64,000 nucleotides of DNA from Planctomycetota bacterium (GCA_016709145.1 JADJEK010000007.1:129328-193327), one strand, 5' to 3'. Counted from the first letter of the stretch, positions 12,401 through 21,151 are shown. The notes: generated by a model from the letters alone, not told the origin. Made by a program: numbers and translations.

Positions 12401-12772
12401 CAGCGCGACGCGCCGCTTCACCGGCTCGCGCTGCTCCGCCATCCAGATCGTGCCCATGCCGCCTTCGCCGATCTGCTCGAGCAGCTTGTAGCGGCCGATC
12501 TGCGCGCCGGGTTGTTCGGCGACGGCGGACGTGTCATTCGTGACGAGGCCCTCGTGTGGCGGATCCGACGGCGCTCGCGGTGCCGTCGGTCTCGACAAGA
12601 ACCCACCCGCCGCGCGTTCCGCGCGCAGTAGCGCCAGGACCTCCGCACGCAGGCCGGCATCGCCGCCGCACGCGCGGTCCAGCGCGGAATCCCGCTCGGC
12701 CTCCGCGAGGTCGACGATCTCCATGAACAGCCGGCGCGCGTCCCGCCTCGCGTCGTGCCGATCCATTCGCAC
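9425..12772 (-). CDS. Transmembrane Ser/Thr protein kinase with C-terminal 42-residue TPR (TPR_10/12, kinesin-light-chain-like) array
   Basis: Hanks kinase motifs (GEGGMGTIWMA, VALKII, HRDIKPSNVL, DFGIAK, APE-like SPEQ). TM segment VLAGGAVVVALLLGVVAFAW, KQ/EA-rich coiled segment, then about 9 repeats of ...LPAGHP.IA..LNNLA.LLQAQ.KL.EAE.L.REAL.I.R... N-terminus (LFMEIVDLAEAERDSALDRACGGDAGLRAEV) is of the type seen in ECF-sigma-linked kinases. Confidence 0.85.
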   Translation of the reverse strand: MRMDRHDARRDARRLFMEIVDLAEAERDSALDRACGGDAGLRAEVLALLRAERAAGGFLSRPTAPRAPSDPPHEGLVTNDTSAVAEQPGAQIGRYKLLEQIGEGGMGTIWMAEQREPVKRRVALKIIKLGMDTKQVIARFEAERQALAMMDHAHIAKVFDAGATEAGRPYFVMEYIKGIPILEYCDQEKLDTEARLELFSAVCHAIQHAHQKGIIHRDIKPSNVLVTLHDGVPVPKVIDFGIAKATNSELTAKTLFTEHRQMIGTPAYMSPEQAELSGLDIDTRSDIYSLGVLLYELLTGTTPFDMKALLESGFNEMLRTIREVEPHKPSTRISSLGDTGTRTALQRKVDLKKLNALLRGDLDWIVMKCLEKDRTRRYETANGLAADIRRHINDEPVTAGAPSAAYRLRKFVKRNRVQVLAGGAVVVALLLGVVAFAWQAKEASEQRDAAVLAKDSEAEQRKIADAARAEAQKQQGIAQAQEAEATKQAEEARKQEAEAKKQAAIAEAVAKFQTEMLAAVDPDQLPRDPVTKEPLKDTVTVLQAMAAAIKLLDEGSLKDQPLVEAGVRYAIGKTLFALGRYDEAEPNLRKSLAIRRDVLAAGDLQIAFSLNYLGLLLFARNEPVEAEQLHREALAIRRAALPAGHADIGASLNSLGVLLQSEQRLAEAETLFRELLAINRAALPAGHRNIAPGLNNLAMVLQAQNKLTEAEELFREALAIARVALPAGHPHVARGLDNLATLLMARNQPGEAEPLMREALSIRRAAFPAGHPEIDLGVGNLAWLLQAQNKLAEAETLRRETLELRRAAHPAGDPRIAAAMDVLGEVLDAQGKYAEAEQLYREALEISRAADPAGRAGIHSRLGILAEFCWRQGKLEQSIPMFEELLGLSEAELGRHHPNTLTTIANLGVNYRDAGRFTEAIPLLEEAYRAWKLDASLAWIGVALLDASMKAAAEADPESVAKLPALVREMLADARAGLPHDSPELAGQLAAFSQALLIVREWGEAEVLLRECLTIREKTQPEAWTTWNTRSLLGAALLGQKRFAEAEPLLHDGYRGLKEREASIPPHGATPIPDALERLVQLYEALGNASEAAAWRIELEAARAAVTTPTSSGSK
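10300..10960 (-). repeat. Near-identical ~126-bp tandem coding repeats encoding the 42-aa TPR units of the kinase
   Basis: Successive units such as ...cagcttgttctgggcctgcaggagccacgcgaggtt... / ...cagcttgttctgggcctgaagcaccattgcgagattgttcag... / ...ctcactttgcagcagcacgccgaggctgttcag... share long identical nucleotide runs (gcgcttcgcg[ga/gt][ac]gagctgctcggcctcg, gtg[tc]ccggc[gc]gg[gc]a[ag]cgccgcgcg[gc]). Indicates recent expansion or concerted evolution. Confidence 0.5.
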
Positions 12773-12781
12773 CCCCGTCGT

Positions 12782-13357
12782 TCACGGCTCTTCGTTCAGG
12801 TCTCGAAACAGCGCGGCTCTCGCGTACGTCCACAGCCGCGCCGCCGTTCGCGGCGAGAGGCCGGCAGCCGCTGCCGCCTCGTCGACGCTGAGACCCGCGT
12901 AGAACCGCAGCCTGACGATCGCTGCCGCATCGGGGTCGTCGACCGCCAAGCGCTCGAGCGCGGCGTCGACTGCCAAAATTCTTTCGGGACCTGCATCGAG
13001 CAGGCCGGCGAGGTCACGGACGTCGTCGAGCGAGATCCGCGCACCGCCGCGCCGATCGCGCTTTCGGGCGTGATCGAGCAGGATGCGGCGCATGGCCTGC
13101 GCGGCCGACGCGTAGAAATGGGCGCGATTGGCCCAGGGGACTTCCCGCGGGCCGATCAGCTTCAAGTAAGCCTCGTGGACCAGCGCCGTCGCCGACAGCG
13201 TGTGATCCGAGCGCTCGCGCGCAAGCTGGAGTTGCGCGGCCCGGCGCAACTGCGCGTAGACGAGCGACAGCAAAGCGTCGACGGCTCCGCGGTCGCCAGA
13301 GGCTGCGGCAGCCATCAGTCGGGAAGCGTCATCGGGTTGCGGCGGTTCGGGCGGCAC
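12782..13357 (-). CDS. ECF-type RNA polymerase sigma factor (sigma-70 family, regions 2 and 4)
   Basis: 191 aa. Region-2-like LVHEAYLKL and region-4 HTH (YAGLSVDEAAAAAGLSPRTAARLWTYARAAL). Stop is 10 nt upstream of the kinase start on the same strand. Confidence 0.85.
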   Translation of the reverse strand: MPPEPPQPDDASRLMAAAASGDRGAVDALLSLVYAQLRRAAQLQLARERSDHTLSATALVHEAYLKLIGPREVPWANRAHFYASAAQAMRRILLDHARKRDRRGGARISLDDVRDLAGLLDAGPERILAVDAALERLAVDDPDAAAIVRLRFYAGLSVDEAAAAAGLSPRTAARLWTYARAALFRDLNEEP

Positions 13358-13489
13358 CGGCGGAGAGGCTACTGCCGAGTTGCGAACGCGAAGGCAAGAA
13401 AGTGCCCCTCGGTCGCGGCGACGACGGACAGCAATCGCCGCGGCGTCAGGGACAGGTGCTCACCCCATCCCCGTCGCCACTGCACCGTG

Positions 13490-14845
13490 TCAGTCGTCTT
13501 CCACCGCCGCCGCGCCGACCGCGTCGAAGCGCGCGAGGAACTCGGTGTTGCTGCGCGTTTCCTTCAGCTTGCGCACGAGCAGCTCCATCGCCTCGACGGG
13601 CTTCATGCGGTTCAGCACGCGACGCAGCAGTCCGATCTTGCGCAACGTCGCCTCGCCGAGCAGAAGCTCTTCGCGGCGCGTGCCCGACGCGTTGATGTCG
13701 ATCGCCGGATAGATGCGGCGGTCCGACAGCGTGCGGGACAGCACGAGCTCCATGTTGCCCGTGCCCTTGAACTCTTCGAAGATCACTTGGTCGAGGCGCG
13801 ACCCGGTGTCGATCAACGCGGTCGCGACGATCGTCAGCGAACCGCCACCTTCGCAGTTGCGCGCCGCGGCGAAGAACGCCTTCGGCTTCTCGAGCACCTT
13901 CGCGTCCAAACCACCCGACAGCGTGCGTCCCGAACCGCGGGTCTCGAGGTTGTAGGCGCGACCGAGTCGCGTCAGCGAGTCGATCAGCACCACCACGTGG
14001 CGACCGGTTTCGACCAAACGCTTGGCGCGCTCGTTCACGAGTTCGGCGACGCGCAGGTGGCGATCGCCGGCTTCGTCGTTCGTCGACGCGATCACTTCGG
14101 CCGGAGCCGGGACCGCGCGCTTGAAGTGCGTCGCTTCTTCGGGCCGCTCGTCGACGAGCGCGACCATCAGATGGACGTCGGGATATCCGCGCACGATGCG
14201 GTTCGCGATCTTCTCGAGGATCACCGTCTTGCCGGAACGCGGCGGCGCGACGATCAGCGCGCGCTGCCCGCGACCGAGCGGCGTCAACAGATCGATGATG
14301 CGCAGATTGATGTCGCCGTCGTCGCCTTCGAGCACGAAGCGGTCGCGCGGATCGATCGACGTCAATTGCTTGAACGTCGGCAAGCGCATCGCGTCGTCGA
14401 TCGGCAAGCCTTCGATCGAGTCGATGCGTTCGAGCATCGGCTTGCCTTGGCGACCGCGGCCTGGGATCGCCAGGCCCTTGATCATGCTGCCCGGGCGCAG
14501 CGCGTAGCGACGCGCGAGATTGGCGTGGATGAACGCATCGTTCGGCGTGTCGTCGAAGTCTTCTTTCACGGAGCGCAGGAAGCCGGCGTTGTCCTGCGTC
14601 GGCTCGAACACGCCTTCGACCATGATCGCGTTCGCGAGGTCACGCGGCGGTTGCTGTCCACCGCCGCCACCGCCATAACCACCAGGACCGCCTGGTCCAC
14701 CAGATCCACCAGGCCCACCGGGTCCGCCGGGACCACCGCCCCATCCGCCGCCGTACGAGCCTTGCCCGCCGCCTCCACCATCGAATCGATCGAAGCCACC
14801 GCGATTGCGCCCGCGGCGACGCCGCCCTCTACCGGATCGTCCCAT
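13490..14845 (-). CDS. rho: Transcription termination factor Rho with Gly/Arg-rich (RGG-like) N-terminal low-complexity region
   Basis: CSD-like RNA-binding region (GFLRS...), P-loop APPRSGKT, Q/R loops and C-terminal ATPase core align along the whole length with E. coli Rho. The first ~75 aa are RGRRRRGRNRGGFDRFDGGGGG...GGPGGPGGPGGSGGPGGPGGYGGGGGG instead of the usual N-terminal helix bundle. An in-frame TGA lies immediately upstream of the ATG. Confidence 0.9.
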   Translation of the reverse strand: MGRSGRGRRRRGRNRGGFDRFDGGGGGQGSYGGGWGGGPGGPGGPGGSGGPGGPGGYGGGGGGQQPPRDLANAIMVEGVFEPTQDNAGFLRSVKEDFDDTPNDAFIHANLARRYALRPGSMIKGLAIPGRGRQGKPMLERIDSIEGLPIDDAMRLPTFKQLTSIDPRDRFVLEGDDGDINLRIIDLLTPLGRGQRALIVAPPRSGKTVILEKIANRIVRGYPDVHLMVALVDERPEEATHFKRAVPAPAEVIASTNDEAGDRHLRVAELVNERAKRLVETGRHVVVLIDSLTRLGRAYNLETRGSGRTLSGGLDAKVLEKPKAFFAAARNCEGGGSLTIVATALIDTGSRLDQVIFEEFKGTGNMELVLSRTLSDRRIYPAIDINASGTRREELLLGEATLRKIGLLRRVLNRMKPVEAMELLVRKLKETRSNTEFLARFDAVGAAAVEDD

Positions 14846-15346
14846 GACCTCGTCTTCCGGGTCGCACCCTCGTGGAGAGAGCCGCGACCGTCATCCATTC
14901 CAACTCGAGCCGGCGCCGCACCGCCGATCGACGCGGCACACACGGCAGCGCGTCTTCGATTCCCTGTGCGGAGATCCTGCCGTCCGCGTGGACCGGACTC
15001 CGAGTACGGAGTGACGGCGAAGCGTCGACGGCGAGAAGCTGTGTTCGCAAGTCCTTCCGGGCGGTCCATCGACTTGCCGAAGACCTTGGACCCGGAATCG
15101 CCCTGCCCGTTCGTTTCGGGGGTCAGTCCGAACCGCGGCGGCGCTCGCGTTCGTGCGCGGCACTCGCTCTCGTGCGGCAGGGCCATCAACCAGACGGACG
15201 GAGGGTATTTCGTCGCAGGGGCGACTCCAACAGAAATTTCGACGCGAACACACCGAACGCGAATCCGGATCGCATCCGTCTCGCGACCGGTGCGCGCGCG
15301 GAATTCCTTTCACGCCACCATCGTGACGCGACTCTCATGATCGTCC

Positions 15347-17059
15347 TTGCCTCGGAGGTCGATCATGCTGTTCGTCGCCGCCTTCGTCCGTCCTGTCGTC
15401 CTCGCGCTCGCCAGCGCTACGGGCGAGAGCATCCCGATCGCCGCGGCGCTGCCGCAGGACGCACCCTTGCGCGCCGAGTGGAACGACGCCGCCGGCGCGC
15501 TCGACGCGTGGCTCGCATCACCGACGTGGTCGACGATCGAGCGCAGCTCGGCGTACGCCGAGCGCATGAAGCGCAAAGACATGCGCGACCTGCGAGGCGG
15601 CATCGCGATCGTGGCGGGCTTGCTGAAGGCGCCGGCGCAGCAAGCATTCGCGCAAGCGCTCGGTCGTGAGGTCGCCGCGGCCGCGCTGCCGCGCGATGGG
15701 ACGGACGAACCCGCAGTGATCCTCGCGACGCGCGCCGCGAGCCCCGCGCTGGCGGAGACGCTGGCGCAAGCCATCGAGACGCTGGCCGCGTTCACGCCCG
15801 GCGACGCGGCGGCGCAAGAGGACGACGACGGCGACGGCGTGCGCAGCACGAACGGCCGTGAGTTCCACGCGGTCGTCGGCGACGCCGTCCTGGTCGCGAA
15901 CGATCGCGCCTTGTTGGTCGAATCGATCGCGAGGCTGCGCGGCGCGCAAAGCGGCGCTCCGCGTGCTCCCGGGCTCCACATGCACGCCAACGTCGTCGCG
16001 CTGCGAACAGCCGGTCTGTGGAAGCCCGCACCCACGTCCTACGACAACGCCGTCGGCGCCTTGCTCGCGTACGGCATCGGCAACGCGTTGGAGCACGCCG
16101 AAGCGCTCGATCTCGAACTCGCCCATGGCCAGCGCAGCCTGCGCCTTCGCGTCGTGGCGACCCCGTTCTCGGTCGACGACGCCGCGGCGTGGTTCTTTCC
16201 GTCACGCGCGCAGAGCGTCCCGATCGCGTTGCCGCAGGACACGATCGCGAACCTCGCGCTCACGCGCGACTACCCACGCTTTTACTCCATGCGCAACGAA
16301 CTGCTCGATGCCGACCTCAAGGGTTCGATCGTCGAGTTCGACTCGATCATGGGCATCCTGTTCGGTGGTCGGTCGTTCGGCGACGAAGTGCTGCCCGCGT
16401 TCGGCGACAACGCGACGTTGATCGTCGGACCGCAGGACTACGCGGATCTCGGCACTCCTCCGGGCGTCCAGTACCCAGGCTTCACGCTCGTACTGCAGCG
16501 CAGCGAGGACGGCAAAGACCTGCTGAAGGCGCGCGATCTGTTGACGGCCTTCCAGACCACGCTCGGCGTCGTCAACGCCGATCGAGGTCAGAAGGGTCTC
16601 GAGTCGATGCTGCAGAACTCCGAGCGCGTCGACGGTATCGACGTGGTCAGCGCACGCTTCCTGCTGGACGAGGACGAAACCGGAGCGCCCGACGTGCGCT
16701 TCAACGCCGAGCCCGCGCTCGCCGTGACTCCGACGCACGTGTTCGTCTCGTCGGCGCGCTCGCACCTGCTCGCGCTGCTCGCCGCGCAACGCACGGCCAC
16801 GAGCGCGCAACCGGTCGCGGAACCGCATTCGCAAGTGCGTGTGGAGTTCCCCGCGTTGGTGTCCTTGCTCGGCGCGAACGAAGAGGCCCTGGTCGCGAAC
16901 CGCATGGTCGAACACGCCGAGGACGCGGAGACCGCGCGTGCCGCGATCCAGTTGTTCCTCGATCTCCTGCGTGGGCTCGACGCACTCGACGTCGCGATCG
17001 ACCCGGCGCAAGAAGGCGTGTCCCTGACCGCGGAACTGCGGACGCTGGGAGCGCTGTGA
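15347..17059 (+). CDS. Hypothetical secreted protein (first gene of DUF1800/DUF1501 operon)
   Basis: Signal-like N-terminus (alternative ATG at 15365: MLFVAAFVRPVVLALASA). No recognisable catalytic motif. Stop overlaps the next gene's start (GTGATG at 17057-17061). Confidence 0.5.
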   Translation: MPRRSIMLFVAAFVRPVVLALASATGESIPIAAALPQDAPLRAEWNDAAGALDAWLASPTWSTIERSSAYAERMKRKDMRDLRGGIAIVAGLLKAPAQQAFAQALGREVAAAALPRDGTDEPAVILATRAASPALAETLAQAIETLAAFTPGDAAAQEDDDGDGVRSTNGREFHAVVGDAVLVANDRALLVESIARLRGAQSGAPRAPGLHMHANVVALRTAGLWKPAPTSYDNAVGALLAYGIGNALEHAEALDLELAHGQRSLRLRVVATPFSVDDAAAWFFPSRAQSVPIALPQDTIANLALTRDYPRFYSMRNELLDADLKGSIVEFDSIMGILFGGRSFGDEVLPAFGDNATLIVGPQDYADLGTPPGVQYPGFTLVLQRSEDGKDLLKARDLLTAFQTTLGVVNADRGQKGLESMLQNSERVDGIDVVSARFLLDEDETGAPDVRFNAEPALAVTPTHVFVSSARSHLLALLAAQRTATSAQPVAEPHSQVRVEFPALVSLLGANEEALVANRMVEHAEDAETARAAIQLFLDLLRGLDALDVAIDPAQEGVSLTAELRTLGAL

Positions 17060-18384
17060 TGCTCGGCGACGCAACGTCACGGAACGCGCTCGCGCCGCGC
17101 GCGGACGACGCGCTCGACGAGCACGCCGCGGCGCACCTGCTGCGTCGAGCCGGCTTCGGCCAACCGCGCGTCGACGTCGAACGCGCGTGCGAACGCGGAC
17201 TCGAAGCGACGGTTTCGACGCTGACGACGCTCGACCCTCCGTGCGCCGCGGTGCGCGAGCTCGACGCGGTGCTGGACACCGTGGCGGCCGGCGAGTCCGA
17301 CGCGGTGGCGGCGTGGTGGGTCGCGCGCATGCTGCGTTCGGAGCAGCCGCTGCGCGAGAAACTCGCGCTGTTCTGGCACGGTCACTTCGCCACGTCCGAC
17401 GCGAAGGTCCAGGACGCGCGCCTGATGGCGACGCAATTGCGCACGTTCCTCGACCTCGGCGCCGGGCCGTTCCATGCCTTGCTGCACGCCATGACGCGCG
17501 ACGCCGCGATGTTGCTGTGGCTCGACGGCGAATTGAATCGCAAGGACCACCCGAACGAGAACTACGCGCGCGAGGTGTTCGAGCTGTTCACGCTCGGCAT
17601 CGGCAACTACGACGAACAGGACATCCGCGAGGCCGCGCGCGCTTTGACGGGCTTCCGCCGCGCCGGGGGTCGCACCGAGTTCGTGCGCGCGATGCATGAC
17701 GACGGCACGAAGACCGTGCTCGGCCACCGCGGCGCGCTGGCTGCCGACGACGTGGTCACTCTGTGCGCGAAACATCCAGCGACGGCGCGCCGCCTCGCCA
17801 CGCGCTTGCTGCAGATGTTCGCGCATCCGTCGCCGCCGAATGCGGTCATCGACGCCGCCTGCGCCGTGTACGCGGATGCGGGACTCGATCCGCTCGCGCT
17901 GTTGCGCGTGGTGTTGCGCTCGGAGTGGTTCCACTCCCCCGCCGTGGTCCGAGCGCGGATCGCGTCGCCGGTCGAGTTCGTCGTCGGCCATCTGCGTTCG
18001 ATCGGCGCTCGCGCGGATGCCAGCGCGTGCGTCCGCACGATGCGGGACATGGGCCAGTGGTTGCTTCGACCGCCGACGGTGAAGGGTTGGGACGGCGAGG
18101 ACGCCTGGCTGAACGCGGCCACGTTCGTCGCGCGAGCCGACTGCGCGCGACGCATCGCGCTCGGCGACGACGCCGGACTCGTGCGGGGTACGCCGAAGCT
18201 CGCCGCCGAAGTGCCCGGCGACGTACCGACGATCGTCGAGGTCATCGCCATGCGCGTCCTCGGAGCGCCGCTGCCTCGTGCCGTCGGCGAGGCGGTGGTC
18301 GCGACGGTCGCGGCGATCGGCGGCGACTCCAAAGCCGCCGCGCTCGGAGCGATCCTCGCGTTGCCCGAGGCCTCCGTCGTGTGA
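17059..18384 (+). CDS. DUF1800 family protein
   Basis: Begins MLGDATSRNALAPRADDALDEHAAAHLLRRAGFGQPR. The HLLRRAGFG motif is the hallmark N-terminal motif of DUF1800. ATG is residue 348 of the 16018..18384 track ORF (upstream part is Arg-rich shadow). Confidence 0.75.
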   Translation: MLGDATSRNALAPRADDALDEHAAAHLLRRAGFGQPRVDVERACERGLEATVSTLTTLDPPCAAVRELDAVLDTVAAGESDAVAAWWVARMLRSEQPLREKLALFWHGHFATSDAKVQDARLMATQLRTFLDLGAGPFHALLHAMTRDAAMLLWLDGELNRKDHPNENYAREVFELFTLGIGNYDEQDIREAARALTGFRRAGGRTEFVRAMHDDGTKTVLGHRGALAADDVVTLCAKHPATARRLATRLLQMFAHPSPPNAVIDAACAVYADAGLDPLALLRVVLRSEWFHSPAVVRARIASPVEFVVGHLRSIGARADASACVRTMRDMGQWLLRPPTVKGWDGEDAWLNAATFVARADCARRIALGDDAGLVRGTPKLAAEVPGDVPTIVEVIAMRVLGAPLPRAVGEAVVATVAAIGGDSKAAALGAILALPEASVV

Positions 18385-18468
18385 TGACGAGAAAACCGTG
18401 ACCGAACCGATCCCGAGCACCGAGTCCATGCCGCAACGATGCGGACCGACCGCCGAGGAGAGACGCGA

Positions 18469-19662
18469 ATGACGACGCGACGAACGTTCCTGAAGAGTTG
18501 CGCCGCGGCCGTTCCAGCGCTGGCCTGGAGCCGCTTCGCGATCGCCGGCTCCGGCGGCGGCGCTCCGCGTTGTTTGGTCGTCGTGCGCCTCGGTGGCGGC
18601 AACGACGGCCTCAACACCGTCGCGCCGATCGAGGACGACGTCTACCGCCGACTGCGTCCGTCCCTGGCGTTGACGAAAGCCGAGTCGCTACCGCTGTCGC
18701 GCCACGGGCTCGCGCTGCATCCGCGGCTGAAGGGACTGGCGGAGCATTACGACGCCGGCCGACTCGCCGTGGTGACGAACGTCGGCTATCCGCGGCCCGA
18801 TCGTTCGCACTTCCGCTCGATGGACATCTGGCACACGGCGTCGCTCGAACCCGAGCGCGCGCGAATCGGCGTGCACGGCGCCACGCTCGCGACGCTCGGA
18901 CGCGAGACGTCGGCTTCCGGCATCCCCGGCGTCGCGCTGCTCGACACCGAGATGCCGCTCGGCCTCGTCCATCCCGACGTCCCCGTCCCACTGCTCGCAT
19001 CGTTGGAGCAGGTGCGTCTGGACGAAGCGAAGCTGGTCCCGCTGCTCGAACTCGACCGCGACACGCCGGCGGCCTCGCCACTCGCGCGCGCCGTCGGCGC
19101 CGCGCACGCGGCCACGCGGCTCGCGCGTCGGCTCGAACACGTCGACCTCGCGGCGACGGCGAACGCGTTCCCGGCCACGGCGCTCGGCAAGCGCTTGGCC
19201 ACGTTGTTCACGCTGCTGCGTTCGGGACTCGACCTGCGCATCGCGTACGTCGCGCACGACGGCTTCGACACCCACACGCGCCAGAAGGACAATCACGCCG
19301 CATTGCTGCTCGAACTCGGCGATGCGCTGGCGGCGTTCCAGACCGCGCTGGTGAAGGATGGGCTCGATCGCGACGTCGTCACGCTGACGTTCTCCGAGTT
19401 CGGGCGCCGCGTCGAGGAGAACGGATCGAAAGGCACCGACCACGGCGCGGCCGCGCCGTTGTTCGTGCTCGGTTCGGCGGTGACGGGCGGCGTGTTCGGC
19501 GAAGCGCCGAATCTCACCGATCTCGAGGACGGTGACGTGCGCTACGAGACCGACTTCCGCCAGGTCTACGCGACGTTGCTCGAACGCTGGTTCGGCGTGG
19601 ATTCGCGACCGGTCCTGGGGGGTTCGTTCGCGCCGCTTCCGTTCTTGCCTGCGATCGTCTGA
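18469..19662 (+). CDS. DUF1501 family protein (sulfatase/alkaline-phosphatase-like fold) with twin-arginine signal
   Basis: MTTRRTFLKSCAAAVPALAW Tat-type signal. Conserved DGFDTH and GTDHG motifs typical of DUF1501. Confidence 0.8.
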   Translation: MTTRRTFLKSCAAAVPALAWSRFAIAGSGGGAPRCLVVVRLGGGNDGLNTVAPIEDDVYRRLRPSLALTKAESLPLSRHGLALHPRLKGLAEHYDAGRLAVVTNVGYPRPDRSHFRSMDIWHTASLEPERARIGVHGATLATLGRETSASGIPGVALLDTEMPLGLVHPDVPVPLLASLEQVRLDEAKLVPLLELDRDTPAASPLARAVGAAHAATRLARRLEHVDLAATANAFPATALGKRLATLFTLLRSGLDLRIAYVAHDGFDTHTRQKDNHAALLLELGDALAAFQTALVKDGLDRDVVTLTFSEFGRRVEENGSKGTDHGAAAPLFVLGSAVTGGVFGEAPNLTDLEDGDVRYETDFRQVYATLLERWFGVDSRPVLGGSFAPLPFLPAIV

Positions 19663-19721
19663 CTCCGGCGGAGCCGACGAGCACGGCTCGATTCGCCGCC
19701 GGGTCTCTACACTTCCGCCCC

Positions 19722-20495
19722 ATGCTCGCGATCCTCGAAGCCTGGGGAGTTGACGTCCAACGCCGCTGCGGCGCGTTCCTGCGCGACTTGCAGGGGATCG
19801 GCGAGATCCTCGGCCGCATCGTCACCTCGACGCTCGGGATGTCGTCGGGAGCGCGACGACTTCTGCGCCGCCACATCGGCATGCAGATCTACTTCACGGG
19901 CGTCCAAGCCGTCCCGGTCGCAGGCCTGCTCGCGTTCCTGGTCGGTTACGGCTTCGGCCAATTGATCGCGACGAACCAGATCTTCTTCCTGATCCCGATC
20001 TTCCTCGACCGCATCATCCTGCAAAACGTCGCGCCGCTGATCGCCGCGATCGTCGTGGTCGCGCGCACGTCGTCGGCCGTGGCCGTCGAGCTCGGCAACA
20101 TGACGGTCGCGCGCGAAGTCGAGATGCTCGAGGGCTTCGGCATCGATCCGTATCGCCATCTCGCGCTTCCGCGTTTGTTCGGCATCGTGGTCGGCACCAT
20201 GTGCCTGACGCTGATCGTGGCCGCGATCGCGATGCTGTCGTTGTTCTCGGTCATGCAGGAATACCCGCAATCGGGCGGCATCGACCTGCTGCTGAAGGTT
20301 TCGCCGAGCACCGGCTCGCATCTGGTCGCGCTCGGGCTCGCGTACGGAATCGTGATCGCCATCGTCGCGCTGCGCCAAGGCTTCGGACTCGATCCGTACT
20401 TCACCGAAGTCCCGAAGGCCGCGAGTCGCGCGGTCATCAAGAGCATCGTGATGTGCGCGGTCGCGAGCGCGCTGGTCTCGGTGATGGCCGGATGA
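19722..20495 (+). CDS. mlaE: MlaE/YrbE-family ABC transporter permease
   Basis: 257 aa multi-TM protein with MlaE-like topology and conserved central region (VARTSSAVAVELGNM...EVEMLEGFGIDPYRHL). Stop overlaps the next start (ATGA). Confidence 0.8.
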   Translation: MLAILEAWGVDVQRRCGAFLRDLQGIGEILGRIVTSTLGMSSGARRLLRRHIGMQIYFTGVQAVPVAGLLAFLVGYGFGQLIATNQIFFLIPIFLDRIILQNVAPLIAAIVVVARTSSAVAVELGNMTVAREVEMLEGFGIDPYRHLALPRLFGIVVGTMCLTLIVAAIAMLSLFSVMQEYPQSGGIDLLLKVSPSTGSHLVALGLAYGIVIAIVALRQGFGLDPYFTEVPKAASRAVIKSIVMCAVASALVSVMAG

Positions 20496-21151
20496 GCGAG
20501 ACCGTATTCACGTGCGAAGGGGTGTCCTTCCAACACGGAGCAGCGACGATCACGCTGCCCGCGGTGAAGGTCGACGTCGGCTCCACGCTCGCGATCCGGT
20601 TCGAGACCATCGACCAAGCGCATCTCGCGGCGCGGCTCATCGTCGGGTTCGACGTCCCGACCCACGGCACGATCACGCTGTTTCGCAAGAACACGAGCAC
20701 CACGCCGCGCGGTGACGCGTTGCGAGCACGACGTCGCCTCGGCTACGCCGCCGCGCAGCCCGCGTTCCTGTCGACGGTGCCATTGCCCGAAAACGTCGCG
20801 ATCCCGCTGCGCGACCGCTCGCCGCGCGGCGAGGACGACGTGCTGCGCGAGAGCACCGCGTTCCTGGCCAAGCTCGGCGTCGTGTTCGAAGGGCGCGTCC
20901 TCCCGCAGCAGGCATCGCCGGCGATCCGATACCTCAGCGGAGTCGCGCGCGCGCTGGCGCCGGATCCGCTGTTCGCGGTCGTCGAAGAGCCGCCGGCGGT
21001 CCTGACGGCCGCGCAGTCCACGACGTTGCGCGCGGTCCTCGACGAGCGCTCGCGCAAACCCGACGCCGCTATGATCCTGCTCGTCGCCGACACGCTCGCC
21101 GGGGGGAAGCTCTCGTGTCCGTGCGTCGACGCGATGGTCCGGCACCAATGA
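20492..21151 (+). CDS. Degenerate MlaF-like ABC ATPase homolog lacking Walker A, Walker B Asp and LSGGQ signature (probable pseudo-ATPase)
   Basis: MSETVFTCEGVSFQHGAATITLPAV... aligns with MlaF but P-loop position reads AIRFETIDQAHLAARLIVG (no GxxGxGK[ST]). Signature region LSGVARALAPDPLFAVVEEPP (LSGG->LSGV; DEP->EEP). ATG is residue 98 of the 20201..21151 track ORF. Confidence 0.6.
   Translation: MSETVFTCEGVSFQHGAATITLPAVKVDVGSTLAIRFETIDQAHLAARLIVGFDVPTHGTITLFRKNTSTTPRGDALRARRRLGYAAAQPAFLSTVPLPENVAIPLRDRSPRGEDDVLRESTAFLAKLGVVFEGRVLPQQASPAIRYLSGVARALAPDPLFAVVEEPPAVLTAAQSTTLRAVLDERSRKPDAAMILLVADTLAGGKLSCPCVDAMVRHQ

Noticed and set aside
14566-15189. 207-aa minus-strand ORF in the rho upstream region
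   Set aside because: No motifs, overlaps probable rho leader, low-complexity composition. Treated as non-coding leader.
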